Shown: one piece after another, positions 24,497 through 36,599 of the stretch
How positions within the stretch are numbered: position 1 is the first letter of the stretch
Layout of the letters: each line of letters begins with the position of its first letter
From: Eledone cirrhosa
Lineage: Eukaryota
Direction of reading: 5' to 3'
Length of the DNA: 64,000 nucleotides
Assembly (NCBI GenBank): GCA_964016885.1
Contig: OZ024741.1
Coordinates: 296,546,001 to 296,610,000 of the forward strand
Program-made: the position numbers and the translations under genes
The notes under the pieces: generated by a model
Databases searched by the model: none
What the model was told of the DNA's origin: nothing
The model's input: only the letters and a program-made list of their open reading frames with translations

Positions 24497-25263
24497 GTAT
24501 ATGAACACATGTTAATGAATGGTACAATCTTATTGAACTTATATTTAAATATTTTTAATGTTTATAAAATATAAACGAAAGTATTTTAAGTTATTTTCAA
24601 TGTTCAAAATTTAAAAAAAGAGTCATTGAAAAAAAAATTCATTTATTTCTTCTAGCTATTTATTTTTATTTTTATAATCAACTGTCCCTCTACCCCAAAA
24701 TTACTGGCCTTAGGCCAAATGTAGAAATAATGGTTGTTATGATTATTATTGAAGACGAGCACTTACCTCTTCGGTGATGCCCTGATTAACTTTTTCAATT
24801 TTCATTTGAAAAGGAAAATCAGGGTAGAGAGGGAAGTGCTCTCTTCCTAGCATTTTGTTGAAAGATGGGTGAGAGAGGCAAGAATGGCCCGAGTGAATGG
24901 GCCTACTCTGAGTATGTGTCTGTAAATTAAAGGTGGAAAACTGGGAGAAGGCACTTGCCCTGGTGGTCAGGGTCACTGAGGCCTTTTAATGGGCTTTCTC
25001 CACGAATGTCTATCGGAAGTCTCACCCCTATTGGGGAATTTTTTCATTGTTCGTATCCGGCCAGTTTAAATATCAACGGGTTAATATATACTTTATGTTT
25101 TTTTTTATTTGTTTTGCAAGATTCTTAATATGAAAGGGTGATATTGTTATACTTTGGGAGGGTCATGCTACTAATGTTACAAAAAAAAACCCACATGCAC
25201 AAGTTTGAGCATGGTCCTCCCAAACTGTAACAGTATATATTTCTTTATTCTTTTACTGGATTA

Positions 25264-25432
25264 TATGGGTATGGTGTGGCGTGCGGTGGCCGGAGTGCTC
25301 GACCGGAAGGGGTTTTTGGCCGGAAGGATGCTCGACCGGAAGGGCCAGCAGAGGGCCTCTCTCTAGTGGTGACCAGCACACGGTGTGGACGCGAGTTTTG
25401 GGCAGCTCCCGGTGTTAAGCAGTCGGACGCAC
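25264..25432 (+). repeat. 5' LTR (lacks the last 77 bp of the 3' LTR; no PBS visible)
   Basis: Direct repeat of 29092-29270; starts TA instead of TG. Confidence 0.9.
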
Positions 25433-25493
25433 AAGCTATTTCGGCGACTGAAAAAAAAAACAAAAAAACACTTGCCGCAAAACAAATCAGAAG

Positions 25494-26255
25494 ATGGCGA
25501 CAAGACTACGGATGAACGAAGCTATCAGGGCATTCACCGGGGAAGGTGATGTTGTCGCTTGGCTGCGGAAGGTTCGGCTGGTCGCAAGCTTGCAGAAAAT
25601 AGAGGACGTGGCCGGCCTCATGGCATTGTACCTCGAGGGCGACGCGCTGGTACTCTTCCTTGAGTTGGACGAGCACAGCCAAAGAGATGTGCAGAAGATT
25701 GAGAGGCGTCTGATGGATGCATTCGCCGAGGGACCGTTGGCGGCTTTTGCTAAGCTGGCGAGAATCAGGTGGAATGGTGAGCGCGTCGACATTTTCGCAG
25801 CGGAAATAAGGCGGTTGGCTATGTTGGCCGGTTACCAGGCGGAATGCGAACGCACGGTGCGGTTGGCGTTCATCAATGGATTTCCGGACGACATAGCGGT
25901 GAAACTGCAGCAAGTCCCGGGGTATAAAGAGATGGAAATGCGTTCACTGGTGGAACAAGCCCGGATCATAGCGGAAGATGCCAAAAAGAGTGTTGCGGCG
26001 ATAGCAACTACAGAGGCTCAGGACACCTGGCAGCGAAATGGTGAAAGGGAGGCAACCTCGGCACGCGGCCGTCCGCGTGAGTTTAGGGGGCGCTGTTTTA
26101 GGTGCCAGGGCCCGCATATGGCTAGAGACTGTAGAGAGTCGAAGCCGGAGATAATTTGCTACCGGTGTAAGCGACCAGGCCACATCGCTACTAACTGCGA
26201 CCAGGGAAACGATCCAAGGGGAACTACTGCGCCGGTAGTTGCCCCTTACGAGTAG
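25494..26255 (+). CDS. gag: Gag-like protein with two CCHC zinc knuckles
   Basis: Intact 253-aa ORF: FTGEGDVVAWL...CFRCQGPHMARDC...CYRCKRPGHIATNC. Confidence 0.9.
   Translation: MATRLRMNEAIRAFTGEGDVVAWLRKVRLVASLQKIEDVAGLMALYLEGDALVLFLELDEHSQRDVQKIERRLMDAFAEGPLAAFAKLARIRWNGERVDIFAAEIRRLAMLAGYQAECERTVRLAFINGFPDDIAVKLQQVPGYKEMEMRSLVEQARIIAEDAKKSVAAIATTEAQDTWQRNGEREATSARGRPREFRGRCFRCQGPHMARDCRESKPEIICYRCKRPGHIATNCDQGNDPRGTTAPVVAPYE
26204..26247 (+). promoter_or_regulatory. Programmed -1 ribosomal frameshift signal
   Basis: G_GGA_AAC heptamer in gag phase (26204-26210), 5-nt spacer, then hairpin AAGGGG-AACTAC...GTAGTT-G-CCCCTT (26216-26247). The pol frame is -1 relative to gag and open from the heptamer onward. 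Confidence 0.85.
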
Positions 26256-29078
26256 CGGCGCTGCCCGTGGTGGAAGTCTTCGTGAGGGGGAAGCCACAGC
26301 GAGCCCTCGTGGATACGGGCTGTACGACGACACTGGTGACCGCGGGGGTGGCGCAGAGGTGGGGAGGGAAGAGCAGCGTAAGGGCAGTCGACGGCAGGAA
26401 AATTGAATGCCGAGGTCGCAGCGAGATGGAAATAGCGGTACGGGGAAGGAGGATAAGGCTTTCCGCCATCGTGGTAGACAGTGTGGTGGATGGGATCGGC
26501 GTGGTTATGGGCATGGACGCGATTGGCCGTCTAGGGGGCGTCACGGTGAACAATGTCGGTGTGTCGTTTGGCGCCGCTGCATCGGTATGCGCTGTGAGTG
26601 CACGTCATGAGAACCAGAAGGCCCACGAGGAGGAATACCCCGCTTACACTGTACAGGACAAAGACTTCAAGGCCGTGTTTGATGGGCAGCGATGGGTTGT
26701 TGAGTGGTACTGGAAGGGAGAACCACCAACACTGAAGACCAAAGTGGGCTGCTATCAACACACATTGAAGGGAAACGCTAGGAGCGAGTTCGAGCGAGAA
26801 GTCGAGAGATGGATCGAAGAGGGCATACTGCTTCCCTGGAAGGAGGAGGTGAAGTGCGGAGTATTGCCGTGGATGGCGGTGGTGCAACCCACGAAGAGCA
26901 AGGTGAGGCCGGTGCTGGACTATCGGGAGCTGAGCGAGCACGTGTCATGCCACACGGGTGGCGAGGTCACGGATGTCTGTGGGGAAACCCTGCGTGAGTG
27001 GAGACGCATGACGGGGGGTTCAGCGATCGTGGGTCTAAAGTCGGCTTACTTGCAGTTGCATATAGATGAGAAGCTCTGGCGGTATCATCTGGTCAGGTAT
27101 AAGGGCCGGACATATTGCCTGACCAGGCTCGGTTTCGGGCTGAGCTCCGCACCGAAGATCATGGCGGCGGTCCTCAAGACCGCTCTGGGGAGGGCCGACA
27201 AGATAAAGAGGGCTACTAACTCCTACATTGACGACATCCTAGTGGACGAGTCTGTGGTGTCGGCGGCGGAGGTCACAAGCCATTTGCGGAGGTATGGACT
27301 GACTGCGAAGCCATCAGAAGCATTGGAGGGAGGAGCCGCGCTGGGACTTAGACTACGGCGAGATAAGACGGGCGTTTTGGTGTTCCAGAGGGGAAACGAA
27401 GTTCCGGAACTGGGCCCAAGTATGAATAGGCGGGAGCTTTTCTCGGTGTGTGGAAAGCTGGTGGGTCACTACCCGATCGCTGGGTGGCTCCGGACGGCAT
27501 GCAGCTATGTCAAGAGACGAGCGGGAGGGATGACTTGGAGTGACAGAGTGGGAGAGAGAGCGGTGGCCATGATGCAGGAGATCGTGGGGAGGGTGAAGGC
27601 CGACGACCCAGTGCGGGGACGCTGGTACGTTCCCAAATCACAGAGCGGGACCGTATGGTGCGATGCCAGCAGCATAGCGCTGGGTGTCACGTTGGAGATA
27701 GGAGGTGTTGAGGTCGAGGATGCAGCCTGGCTTAGAAAGAAGGACGACTGCAGCCACATCAATGTGGCCGAGCTGGACGCGGTGTTGAGAGGGGTGAACC
27801 TCGCCCTGCGGTGGGGGCTGCGCACCATCGAGATACGCACCGACTCGGCTACTGTACTCGGATGGGTAAGATCAGTGCTCACCAGTGAGAAGAGAGTGCG
27901 AACGAGAGGCGCGGCGGAGATGCTGATAAAGCGCCGCCTGGGAACGTTAGGAGAGCTGGCCACCGAGTTCGACCTGAAGCTGAGCGTAGTGTTCGTGCCC
28001 TCAGAGAAAAATAGGGCGGACATCTTAACTAGAGTGAAGAAAGCCTGGATGGAAGCGCCAGAGGAGGTAGAGGATGAGATAGCTGCCGTGTGTCGGCTGA
28101 CCGAGTTAGACCTGAAGGGGTTGCATGACATGCACCACATGGGGGTGGATAGGAGCCTGTTCCTAGCCAGGAGAATCGACGTTAGCAGACACAGTGTTCG
28201 GGGGGGGGGGGGTTAGAGGCTGCGTCCGATGTCAGTCCATTGATCCCGCCCCGGGTATACACGAAACGGGAAGCCTCCCGGTGGATCGCGACTGGAAGCG
28301 ATTAGCGGTGGATGTGACGCACTACCGGCAGGGAACGTACCTCTCGATGGTCGACTGTGGACCAGGTCGAATGGCGATATGGAGGGAGATGAAGACTGGA
28401 ACGGCCGAGGAAATCGTGCGGACGTTGAGAGAGGTGTTCTTGGAGCGGGGCCCTGTGGATGAACTGCTGATGGACAACAGCGCAGCATTCCGCTCGGAGG
28501 CACTGAGGGAGATGCCCGATGGATAGAAGGTGGACCGTTTCTTCAGAGCGGCGCACAGGCCGAGCGGGAATGGAATCGTGGAGCGACACCACCGGACGAT
28601 CAAGACAATGGCGGAGCGGGGCCATATCTCACCAATGGAGGCAGTGTTCTGGTACAATATGTCCCCTCGGGTTGGACAGGTCGAGGAATCGGTGCCACAT
28701 AGAGCAGTATTCAAATACGAGTGGCGGTACCCGTGCACGCCACCACAACGGCCAGTGGGGAGAGAGAGTGCATTCGTGCAGGTGGGCGAAGAAGTCTGGG
28801 TTAAGCCCCCAGATGCACGTTGCACATCTCAATGGGGAAGGGGAAGGGTGACGGCCGTAAATTCAAAGAACAATGTGTCCGTGGACGGGGTACCACGTCA
28901 TGGCCTGGATGTAAGAAGAATCACTGTGTCGACGGACTCCGAGGAAGAGGAAACCCAAGATGAGGTGGAAACCCAGAGCTCTGCCCCAATACTACGAAGA
29001 TCGCAACGAAGTCGTAGACCACCGACCTGGACAGCAGACTTTCATATGCAGAGGGACGAGGGGGAAATTGATCCTTGA
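26204..29078 (+). pseudogene. pol: Pol (aspartic protease, RT, RNase H, DDE integrase), disrupted
   Basis: ALVDTGC; PVLDYREL; IVGLKSAYLQ (expected catalytic Asp is Gly); LGFGLSSAP; YIDD; WCDAS, HINVAELDAV, TDS, NRAD; HH..CVRC; LAVD, LMDN, GNGIVERHHRTIK. Frameshift at the poly-G near 28200-28212 and a stop at 28524-28526. Confidence 0.9.
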
Positions 29079-29091
29079 GATCAGGGGGGCG

Positions 29092-29347
29092 TGTGGGTAT
29101 GGTGTGGCGTGCGGTGGCCGGAGGCGGGGGGAGTGCTCGACCGGAAGGGGTTTTGGGCCGGAAGGATGCTCGACCGGAAGGGCCAGCAGAGGGCCTCTCT
29201 CTAGTGGTGACCAGCACACGGTGTGGACGCGAGTTTTGGGCAGCTCCCGGTGTTAAGCAGTTGGACGCACGTGGAAGCGGAGTACCTGCAGTGGAATTTA
29301 GCGGCGCCTGTGAAAAGCGGTAAGTGAGATAGCTTTTTCTAACTACA
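29092..29347 (+). repeat. 3' LTR (256 bp, TG...CA)
   Basis: Bounded by the purine tract and the GATTA TSD. Contains GTAAGT at 29320-29325. Confidence 0.9.
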
Positions 29348-29505
29348 GATTATTGTATGATTTTTATGATTTTTATTGATTTAATTATGTTTTAGAAAAA
29401 ATTATTTTCTGTATCAGTCTCTCTCACTTTCTATCTCTCTCTCTATTACTTTTTTCTTTCCATCTTACTGTCACTCTTTTTGTCTCATTTTTCTTTCCAT
29501 ATCCC

Positions 29506-29545
<40 letters not shown>

Positions 29546-29847
29546 TTCTTTTTCTTTCCGTCTCTCAGCCTCTTTCTCTCTCTGTTTCTCTTTTCTTTCG
29601 ATATGGAGGTTTTAAAGGATGCAGTGTCTCAACAGCTAATAACTGATACAGGTAGTTTGTTCCATGCTTCAGCAATTTTATGTATTTAACTTATTTGTAC
29701 CATCAAAAGAATGCCATTGTAAAAACAACAACAGCAACAACGAAGATGACCTTAAAAACCGCCTAAATGTTTTTCGTTTGTTGTCATTTTGAGATTCAGC
29801 TGTTTACCCCAGTTATCTCCCCTTGTTGTTGTTGTCTAATTGAAATC

Positions 29848-29928
29848 ATGGCGACTGCAAAGGAAGTCATCACACTTCAGCTTGGACATTATTCTAATTA
29901 CGTTGGAACGCACTGGTGGAATATCCAG
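29848..29928 (+). CDS. MSTO1: Misato exon 1
   Basis: [27 protein letters not shown]|GTAAGC. Confidence 0.95.
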
Positions 29929-32677
29929 GTAAGCTTCATCAAATAACCAGTCACTTCTTCAACTATAAAACCTATATAGAAATATTGTCATACAACGCTA
30001 CAATCTGTGTAGTTTCAGCTGTCTTTTTAAATTATTTTTTTAAAATGTATAATGAATGATTTCGCCGCACTAAGAATAATCATCATCATACGTCCGCTTT
30101 TCCCTGCTTGCAAGGGTTGGACGGGTCCTATTCAACACAGCATCTCTCCACTTGTCACGGTCCTTCGTCATCTCCTCGGTGAGTTTCAGCGATCGATCTG
30201 AGGTCTGCTCTCACCACCTCCGCCCATGTTTTTCGTGGTCTACCTCTACTGCGTCTTCCTTCTACTGGGATTTCTTGGCACTTCTTTACCCAGCGGTCAT
30301 CCTCCATGCGCATCACATGTCCACTCGTATCTAGGATGGATGCCTTATCGTAATGCTAGCTTATTTTTATTGTTTATTGCGTGCATTCGTTTCTAGACTG
30401 CCCTGTTGCCAGGATTCTGTAGTAAAGGACATACTTAAGTGAAATCTAAGAGTTTAAATGTTTTTTTGATTGTTTGTTAATTTTTGGCAACACAAGTCAG
30501 CTCTTGTCGAGCAGAACCGATCAAAGGCATTCCACTGTGACAATTCATGTTACTATAACTACATTATCTTGTGTTCACTCCCTATTTTAAGACGGTATGG
30601 ATGTGATTTGAAGAGGTACTTTTAGTTGCTATTTCTAATCACCGGGGTGACTATATAGAACCTTCCTCGATATTTTAATTACATCTCTGGTCACCCTGTT
30701 TAGTTAGATGCCTGCAAAATATAGTTTTAAAAGTAATCACGCTGAATACGTACGTGGTTGGGGAATAAAAATTAAAGCTATATATAATTTGTCATTCTTG
30801 AATTACCGAAACGAATAAGTTTCGTTTTTGTATTGGTATTATTTTTTTCCGAATTACACGTGCTTTTAAAACGAAATTAAATCACATATACATGAAACGT
30901 TACACAAACATATTAATTGATTTGGCACTACCATGCTATTGATTTTTAAAAAATTGGGTGTTTGTGTTAAAAAATGTAGTTTGCCTTCGAAAGAAATGTT
31001 CACCATTGCAAGCAAAATACAATAAACGATTCATGTATGTATAAAAATATACATATTGTTATGAATCTTGGGTAATGACCGAAAGAATGCGATCGCGAAT
31101 AGAAGCGGCCAAAATGGGGTTCCTCCGAAGGGCCTTTGAAGTAACGTTACACGATAGAGTGAGTAGCTCCGAGATCAGAGAGTCACTCCAGGTAGAGCCG
31201 CTACTTCACCGAATTTAGAGATCATAGCTCCGATACTATGGGCATGTGGTCAGAATATCTAAGAAAAGAATCGTTGGACAAATTTTACGGGCAAAACCAT
31301 CAGGAGACCCAGGGATAGACTCCGAGCAAGATGATTGGATAACATCAACGAGCTTGGCTAGTCTCGGTTGGGGATGCAGCCGGATCAGTTGGAGCTGACA
31401 GTTACTTCTGACAGGACCCTCTGGAAGGAATGTTTGAAGACTCTACCCACACGGCCCCGGCCCTTTCAAGAATAAATAGGCAGAGAATAAGATCAGTATA
31501 AACAGCCTTGGTAGTTTGGTATCAAAAGAGGTTAATACTGGAGAAACTGAGTCATAGAACCAGAAACATTTTCATGGATGGTTTTTGGTGGTCATGGTTC
31601 AATGAGTGAGCCTATGATTAAAATCACACAAACCATGACCATCCCATCGTTTTATGAAGAATCCAAGACTACATCATCTAACATATCTTTCTTTATTTAA
31701 CCCTTTTGTTTCTATATTTCTAATGAAAGACACTGTCTATAATTTTCAAATCATTTTGACAAGAATCAACATGCTAAAGAGATTTTGTAATATAACTAGT
31801 GTTTGGAACATAACTCAAACAAGGTTCTTATATAAAATTATGGTGGAAGGTTTTTAGATAAATGAAAACACTTTAAAACAGTTTTGTATCATAGAACCAG
31901 GGGTAATTTCAGGTGGTTTGGTATCAAAAAGGTTAGGGTTAATAAGGTTTGATTTGAGGAAGATTTGGTTGCTTTTTTTAACAGGTCATGCAACCATATA
32001 AAGGCCTTTTCATTACCTCAGCACAAGCAGGTTAATATCACAAAGAGTTCATCATTATTAAGGCCCTTGCCATTCTGAGTTCAAATCCCGCCGAGGTTAA
32101 CTTTGCCTTACATCCTTACGGGGTCGATAAAATAAAGTACCAGTAATGTACTGAGTAATTTCTGGCCTTGTGCCAAAAGTAGAAACAATTATTATCATAA
32201 TTTTTATGTATTTTTTTCCATGATAACACAAGTTAAATGGCACTCTTTTGAGGGACACTAACTTTTGTTTTCCAGTACGGTACTCAGTCTGCTAATCATA
32301 ACTCATCAAACCACCACCTTGCAAGACATAAACAAACGTTTGTGACTGCCCTAACAGTGTCAATGCAAAGCTATATGTCGAGACAAACACACACATGTAT
32401 ACGAGGGGGTGTTGAAAAGTTCCTGGTTTTGAGTAAAAGACAATACAGGAGGATCAGTTAATTATGATTTTATTCAACACATTCTCCTCTCAGATTTACA
32501 CACTTGTTGCAGTGGTCCTACCTCCCCTGTAAAGGTAACAGCTCTACCCTTTCATGAAGCCTTTAAAAGCAGGGATATTTCACCACCCCATTGTATTTCT
32601 GTAGTAAAAGAAATTAGGAAAATCTTTAGTACAGTTAAGTATATTTGAAAAATGATAAGAATACCAATGTATGTATG

Positions 32678-32722
<45 letters not shown>

Positions 32723-34694
32723 GTACATACATATATGTATACAGACGTACAGTAGTATGTATATACATACATACATGCACACATATATATATGTACGTAT
32801 AGGTTTACCAAACATTTATTATAATGCTCAGTTTGTTTGTAAACAAACAACCTGAATTATTAGCCGTACAGTGTTCGGCAACCATCGTTGCCATTTTGTT
32901 CAACACTGACAAAGGGACGATGAACTAGCTTCTAGCTTATTAGCTGTCATCAGCACCGTATACCTTCCTGTCAGTTGATTGAACGTTTGAAAGTATATAC
33001 ATTCCTTATGCATATTAACGGCTGAGCAGCCTAATTTGCATATCGAGTGAGTTAGTCGGCCGGGCATACCGAAGACGATAAATGGAAAAAATGAAATTTC
33101 ATTTCTCACTCTTAGTTTGGCTGATACTTAAATATAAGTATGTATACGTACATACATATATGTATACAGATGTACAGTAGTATATATATACATACATACA
33201 TGCACACATATATATATATGTACGTATGGGTTTACCGAACATTTATTATAATGCTCAGTTTGTTTGTAAACAAACAGCCCAAATTATTAGCCGTACAGTG
33301 TTCGGCAACCATCGTTGCCCTTTTGTTCAACACTGACAAAGGAACGATGAACTAGTTTCTAGCTTATTAGCTGTCATCAGCACCATATACCTTCCTGTCA
33401 GTTGATTGAACGTTTGAAAGTATATACATTCCTTATGCATATTAACGGCTGAGCAGCCTAATTTGCATATCGAGTGAGTTAGTCGGCCGGGCGTACCGAA
33501 GACGATAAATGGAAAAAAAGAAATTTCATTTCTCACTCTTAGTACGGCTGTATATACATACATGTATGTATGTATATACATACTACTGTATGTCTGTATA
33601 CATATATGTATGTACGTATACATACTTATATTTAAGTATCAGCCGTACTAAGAGTGAGAAATGAAATTTCATTTTTTCCATATATATATATATACACACA
33701 CACTTTCTATGTACCAAATTCTACTCACAAGGCATTGGTCAACTTGTGACTGCACTAGAATGGACTGGCCCAAGGTTCTATACCGTGAGATAGAACTTCT
33801 TATCCACAGTCATGCCTGCATGTTAAGTTTTGTTCTTTGATAATAAGTGTCCAAATTTTGCTACCATAAAGTACGATTGGTTGTATTTTAACTTGGAAGT
33901 ATCTAACTTTTAAAGAATTTGGTATCAAGCAACAAAAGGGCCTCAATGGAGCATATGCATCCTTGCTTTGTCACACTGAAAACAAGCAGGGGGCAACATA
34001 ACTCTTAGAAAAATATATGTTGGCCTCCTTCATATCTCTGATATTGTATGAAAGAGGAGGGTGTGATTTGCAGGCTACTGCCATCATACCTCAAATGAAG
34101 CTGTGTCTCCTTTAGTGATTTGGAAACCAACATCTGTGGAAAGTCAGAGGTCATGGCCAGAGACTCTGGTTTTGATGTTCAGGATCTAGGCAATACAATG
34201 AATGACAGATCTACATGGATTGGAAGCTAAAGATGTCAGCAGCTCTCATATCCAGATGTTACAATCAGAGACTCAGGATATAGGCAATGCAATGGGTGAC
34301 AGGATGATGAGGATGCATGTTAAAAGTACAATTTAATAAAAAAAAAAACCCAAATCAATACTAAAAATACTGAAATAAATGATTTTGTATCAGTTGTCCT
34401 TTTTTTTTTAGAGTATGGGATGAAATGAGTTGTGATAATCCATTTAATTTGCAGTCTGTCAGATTAATCTGGATTTAAGGGATGGAGTGGCTGGGGTATA
34501 TATAATCAATTCTGGAAATTAAACTTTGCTACTGCAATAGGTGTAAGTATGGCTGCGTGGTTAAGAAGTTTGTTTCATCACCATGTTGGTTTGGGGGTTT
34601 GATCCCATTGTGTGGCTTTTTAGTCTTATGATGACTAATGTCTTGAGTTGATTTATTAGACACAAACTGTGCAAAAGAATTGTGTATATGTGGG

Positions 34695-34736
<42 letters not shown>

Positions 34737-36548
34737 TACATATATATATATAAATGTGTATATATATATCATCATCACGGTTTTACGTCCGTTCTTCCAC
34801 GCTAGCATGGGTTAGACGGGTTGTCCTGTTGTGGGCAGTGTCCGGTTGGCTGACCATGCTTTGCTCATACGGGAACTGATTCTGGCTTGATTTCTACAGC
34901 TGGATGCCCTTCCTAACACCAACCTCATTTACAGTGAGTGCTGGGTGCTTTTTTCCGTGGCACCTACACGTCCACTTATATATAAATGTGTGTATATATA
35001 TATCATCATCGTTTAACGTCCATCTTCCATGCTTGCATGGGTTTGGACAGATATATATATATATGTATGTATCTATATATACGAGGGCAATCCCAAAAGT
35101 AAGGTCTTCTTCCGATATTGCAACTTTTCCGTTAATATCCTGTGGATGGTGCTTCGGGAAACCTCAGGAACCAAAATGCAAAGAGCATCCAGAGTGATCC
35201 GCTGATCTTTACGCATGTTTTCCTCAGAAGGAGACCTTACTTTTGGGATTGCCCTCTATATAATAACTGCGCGAAATTCGCACTTGGTGGTAGCGTTCAA
35301 CGGCTGCTAAGCCAAGATTGAGCATCCCTACGAAGCGCGCGCATGCTTGTTTGGGAGTGAAGAAACAGTCGTATGAACAGTTTCTCTGTGTCCCCATCGC
35401 TTTGGAGAACTTACTTTTGGGATTACCCTCGTATATGTGTATATATATATGTCCCAAGGCTCTGATACCATCAACACTATAAACACAGAGCTGGCATATC
35501 TAAGAACTGACTAACTGCCTGATGAGGTCATAGCCATTCAATGGCTATCATCGAAATATATATAGCAGTAAATAAAGGATTATGAGTTCATGCAATTGAC
35601 TTATGTTTCGTCACTATATACATATATATATATATATGTATGTATCTATATATATATATATATATATATATGGTGATGAGGATGATATATATATATATAT
35701 ATATATATATCATCATTATCATCATTTTATGTCCGCTTTTCCCTGCTTGCAAGGGTGGGACGGGTCCTATTCAGCACAACATCTCTCCACTTGTCACGGT
35801 CCTTCGTCATCTCCTCCATGAGTTTCAACGATTCGAGGTCTGCTCTCACCACCTCCGCCCATGTTTTTCGTTGTCTTCCTCTACTGCATCTTCCTTCTAC
35901 TGGGATTTCTTGGCACTTTACCCAGCGGTCATCCTCCTGCGCATCACATATCCATACCATCTCAGTCTTCTCTCCTGCACACCACAACTTATCCCACTTA
36001 TACCCAGTTTCTCTCTCAACTCATCTATGCTTGGTCGTTCACGTACATTAACATTACACATCCAACGGAGCATACTTGCTTCATTTCTCTCCAGCCGTCG
36101 CATATCTTCTGCAGTTGCTGCCCATGTCTCACTACCATGCAGCATCGCGCATCTCACACAGGTATCATATAACCAGCCTTTCGTACGCAGGAGTAACCCT
36201 TCTTTGTCAACAAAGGAAGCAGCTCCCTAAACTTCTTCCAACCCGTAGATACTATTCTAGATGCTATGACCTTCAAAGCTATCAACCACTTCTATAGAAC
36301 CCAGCTGCATTTGAAAAATCACTGCGATTCCTACTGCCAACTTACCCTGTACATCTACTGCATACATAGTTTTCACTACCTGTTAGTTTGCTTGCTATCC
36401 CACTACATCTCTTGTGTACCCAAGATCTGCATTGCGTACATTTTATAGAATTTATGCCACTTCCTTTTCTACATATCAATTTCCCTGAAGGAATAGGAGT
36501 TTTGTCCTCTTTTCTAATCAACACTTTTGTCTTATATATATATATATA

Positions 36549-36599
<51 letters not shown>

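Larger units (their letters stand above)
25264..29347 (+). mobile_element. Compact LTR retrotransposon (gag, -1 frameshift, PR-RT-RNaseH-IN) with 5-bp TSD GATTA
   Basis: GATTA at 25259-25263 and 29348-29352. The 3' LTR 29092-29347 (TG...CA) follows a purine tract GAGATCAGGGGGGCG. The 5' LTR 25264-25432 matches 29092-29270 apart from a 10-bp indel and a few substitutions. Confidence 0.93.
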
